Of a stretch of 64,000 nucleotides of DNA, positions 59,382 through 64,000 are shown piece after piece. Where the stretch lies: NCBI RefSeq assembly GCF_009914755.1, contig NC_060936.1, one strand, 5' to 3'. Origin of the DNA: the human T2T-CHM13v2.0 reference genome, Homo sapiens. The notes beneath the pieces are model-generated. The model searched no databases. It saw nothing but the letters and a program-made list of their open reading frames with translations, and was not told where the DNA came from. Every line of letters begins with the position of its first letter. Positions within the stretch are counted from its first letter, which is position 1. The position numbers were made by a program, and so were the translations under genes.

Positions 59382-60050
59382 TCCGTCCGTCCATCCATCC
59401 ATCCATCCATCCATCCATCCATCCATCCATATGTTCATTCATCTATCAGTCTGTTCTTCCATTCATCCATCCATGTGTCTGTTTTTTTCATCCACCCATC
59501 TGCTATTTACCTACCTATCTGTTCACCCATCCAACCATCCATCTGTCCATTCATTCATAGATTTGTTCATCTATCCATCTATTCTTCTTTTTGCCCATCT
59601 GTCTGTTTTTCCATCTACCTGTCCATTTATCCATCTACCCGTCCATTTATCCATCTACCCATCTGTTCATTCACCTGTCCATCCATCTACCCATCCACCC
59701 ATCCATCCATCCATCCATCCATCTACCCATCCATCCATCCATCCATCCATCCATCCATTCAATGGATGGTCCAATCTGTCTGTCATTATCAATGTATGAA
59801 TTAATTACCCAATGTCTTTGCTTATGTTAAATGAAGAAAGGACAAATGCTTGTCTTAAAGCTTGATGCTTTGTAAGCCCCTGAGTTGAAACAGGTGAAAC
59901 CAAGAGAAGCAGAAGTGTCGATGTGTGGACAGGCATATCACACCCCCTGGGTGGCACTGCATTGTTGAATTCTTGTCTGTCCATCTGTCTGTCCATCTGC
60001 CCATCCATCAATTTGTCCATTCGTCCATCTGTCCATCCATCCATCCGTTC
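59382..60050. repeat. (CCAT)n-derived low-complexity tract adjoining an L2-like tail, interrupted at 59793-59973
   Basis: CCAT/CCATCT units; followed by L2-like atatttattcagc...ctggtgctgtg. Confidence 0.85.
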
Positions 60051-60350
60051 ATTAATTGAATTAACATATATTTATTCAGCTCTTCCTATGGGACTGGTGC
60101 TGTGTAGTCAACACCTATGCAGTTCCTGCCCTCATGAAGCTGTAGTATCGTAAGGGAGACAAACTTCAAAAAACACAATCACAAATGGATATATACAGTT
60201 GCAACCTTTGAGAAGCCCCATGAAACTGAAACCGAGGTGCCCTGGAGAGTAACGGGAAAAATGAGCTTGAGCTGGGATGGTCAGCCAACGCCTCTCTGAC
60301 TCCTACTTTGCGATACTACTGTTCTCTTTTCTTTTTTAAAAAAAATCAAG

Positions 60351-60611
60351 GTGGATGAATATGGCACGCAGCAGCCCATTGCCTTGCTGAAGCTGCTGTT
60401 GGAAAAAGGCTACTTATATGACCGTGGGAAGGAGCTGAACTGTAAAAGCATTCGAGACCTTGGCTTTATTGCTGCAATGGGAAAGGCTGGAGGAGGCCGC
60501 AATGAAGTTGACCCAAGATTTATTTCGCTATTCAGTGTCTTCAATGTGCCATTTCCTTCAGAGGAGTCTCTGCATTTAATTTATTCCTCCATCCTGAAAG
60601 GCCACACCTCG
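60351..60611 (+). CDS. DNAH10: DNAH10 exon 26: VDEYGTQQPIALLKLLLEKGYLYDR...AAMGKAGGGRNEVDPRF...GHTS
   Basis: atcaag| ... TCG|gtaact; 261 nt. Confidence 0.96.
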
Positions 60612-61470
60612 GTAACTTGATTTTAACTAGAAGTCTAAACCGGAAGACCTTGTGTTGGGGGGAAACATACACAGGGCTGACTTATCCATGTAGGCACAGC
60701 AGGGTTAGGGCCCTCAATACTTTTAAGGGCCTATGAAAATGTTTTAATTTCTTGCAAAATCAGAAGAAAAAAATCATCTTTATACGATGCCATTATAAAA
60801 TGTAATTGTAATGTATTTTTATGGAGGAAGAGGTCCATGGAGGTAAAAGTGCCTTGGGCCCGTGGGAGTCCTGATGTGGCCCTGAGGTGCTCATGCCACA
60901 TTGAGTGACAGCGAAGAATCAACTAGCAGGCTGGGGCCCTGGAGTCAGTCCCCTTCTGCTCCGGGAGCAGGTCTCTTGAACTCTCCTAACCTCATTCTCA
61001 TTTGGAGCGGGGAGATCATGATGGTCCCCACCTCACTGGGTTTTGGGAGGATGAAAGGAGAGAAATGCGTGTAAAGGGTGCCTAGTGCACACTGCCTAGT
61101 GCATAGCAGCTACTCATTGGTTACTAGTTACTGCTGTTATTATTATGATTTACTTGGCTCCTCCAAATGGAACCCATTCATTTAAACAACCATCTTCTGA
61201 TCTGGCGTTTCCCTGCTAAAGCGGAGTCTGCACACTCGGAGGCTCCAGGGGCCAGGTGGGTAAGATAAAGGTGTGGAGTGGCCAGGCCTGATCAGTAGGA
61301 ACTATGAGCACCTGGCCCGTTCATGCCCTACCTGAAGGCATTTGCTTTCAAAACGGTGAGGTCCGTGCTGGTCAAATAAAACTCCCACCGAGGGCTGGTT
61401 GGGGTCTTTGGTTTCACATCATGTTGACTTCACAGTTAATGTGAAAATCTAGAGCAATACAAAAAAATCA

Positions 61471-62735
<1,265 letters not shown>

Positions 62736-62855
62736 AACTTCATTCCTTTCTATAGCTTAGTAATAGTCCATTGTACGGCTCTGCCACATTTTGTTTATTC
62801 ACTCATCTACTGAAGGACATTTGTGTGTTGGGGGGGGTGTCTTTGCATTTTTCAG

Positions 62856-63028
62856 ACGTTTCATGAGAGCATTGTGGCTGTGAGTGGCAAGCTGACATTC
62901 TGCACGCTAGCACTTTACAAAAATATTGTGCAAGACCTACCTCCCACTCCGTCAAAGTTCCATTACATCTTCAACCTTCGAGATCTCTCACGGGTTTTTA
63001 ATGGTCTTGTCCTCACTAACCCGGAGCG
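62856..63028 (+). CDS. DNAH10: DNAH10 exon 27: TFHESIVAV...LPPTPSKFHYIFNLRDLSRVFNGLV...PE
   Basis: ttttcag| ... CG|gtgagt; 173 nt; PTPxKFHYxFNLRD motif. Confidence 0.96.
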
Positions 63029-63735
63029 GTGAGTTTGATTTATCTTACTAAAATATGCCCCACAGGTATGATAGTTTTCTTATTCTTTTAAGACAGAGGG
63101 CTTATCAGTGGATTTGATGAATCGTTGTATGAATTAATTACCCAATGTCTTTGCTTATGTTGAAGAAGAGAGACCAACACTTGGCTTAAGGCTTGATGCT
63201 TTGTAAGCCTTTGCATTGAAACAGGCAAAACCAAGAGAAGCAGAAGTGGGGACAAGCCTATCACACCCCTTGGGCAGGCTGTGTTGTTGACTTCTCGTTT
63301 TCAGTTCTGAAGTTGGAATTTGCCTGCATGGAGCCTTTTGCTCACATAACTCAGTCGTTGCCGGTTGGTTATAGGATGTGTGTCTTTATGAGAAGTAAGC
63401 AGAGGACAGAAAGGATTTAAGTCACGATATAGGGAAATTCCCGATTAAAACTAGGCTTATACCTTTACATGAATGTCTACTTTAGTCTATGTGGATTTGC
63501 AAGCATAGTCCAATTATGTGGATTCATATTATGAATCCAGAAGATACTGAAAAATGAATTGAGAATTTTCCATGTATCCTGCTTTTGAGTGCCTTGAAAC
63601 ATACAGACTGTCAGGGGCGGTCAGGAGAGGGCAGCTCCAGGTGTTTCAGGTGGAGTGACGGTTCTTTGCTAGAATGCAGGGAAAGTTCTGGAATTGGGGC
63701 CAGATTGAGTTGGCTCTTAGAAAAAGGAGCTGTCG

Positions 63736-64000
63736 GCCAGGCACAGTGGCTAATGCCTATAGTCTCAGCACTTTGGGAGGCCAAGGGAGGAGGATCACTT
63801 GAGCCCAGGAGTTTTAGACCAGCATGGGCAGCATAGTGAGACTCCATCTCTACAAAAAAATTTAAAAAATTAGCTGAGTGTGGTGGTATGTACCTGTAGT
63901 CCCAGCCACTTGGGAGGCTGAGGTGGGAGGATCACTTAAGCCCAGGAATTTGAGGTGGCAGTGAGCTATGATTGTGCCAATGCACCAGCCTGGGTAACAA
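63736..64000 (+). mobile_element. AluJ-like element running off the window end
   Basis: ggccaggcacagtggct...gaggatcacttgagcccagg. Confidence 0.88.

Noticed and set aside
59326-59830. Overlapping ORFs rich in HPSI/IHPS (also 32174-32510, 17016-17709, 38789-39185)
   Set aside because: Translations of stop-free simple repeats (CCAT, CTAT, CA/TA).

Overview
Primate (almost certainly human; young AluY copies present) genomic DNA lying wholly inside one large + strand gene, an axonemal dynein heavy chain that I recognise as DNAH10 (inner-arm I1/f alpha type). I traced 27 internal coding exons (4063-63028, 4592 nt, about 1530 codons). Their splice phases chain without frameshift or stop, and they encode the end of the tail, the linker (DHC_N2), AAA1, AAA2 and most of AAA3. 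Neither the start nor the end of the gene is in the window. Introns are packed with Alu, L1, L2, MIR, MaLR/ERV LTRs, DNA-transposon relics and simple repeats. Nearly all non-dynein ORFs in the supplied track are repeat-derived noise. I found no convincing novel gene system. The most notable local oddities are: two GC-AG introns in one gene segment; a 3'-truncated U6 retrocopy fused to or nested with an Alu inside a shared direct repeat; a ~180-bp non-Alu segment duplicated 3.3 kb apart with one copy splitting a (CCAT)n tract; a 40/42-bp minisatellite just after an AAA1 exon; an antisense AluY inserted inside a sense Alu; and two co-oriented CTCF-like motifs carried by DNA-transposon relics. 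Repeat subfamily names come from recall of consensus sequences, not from a search, and repeat boundaries are approximate unless a TSD is given.
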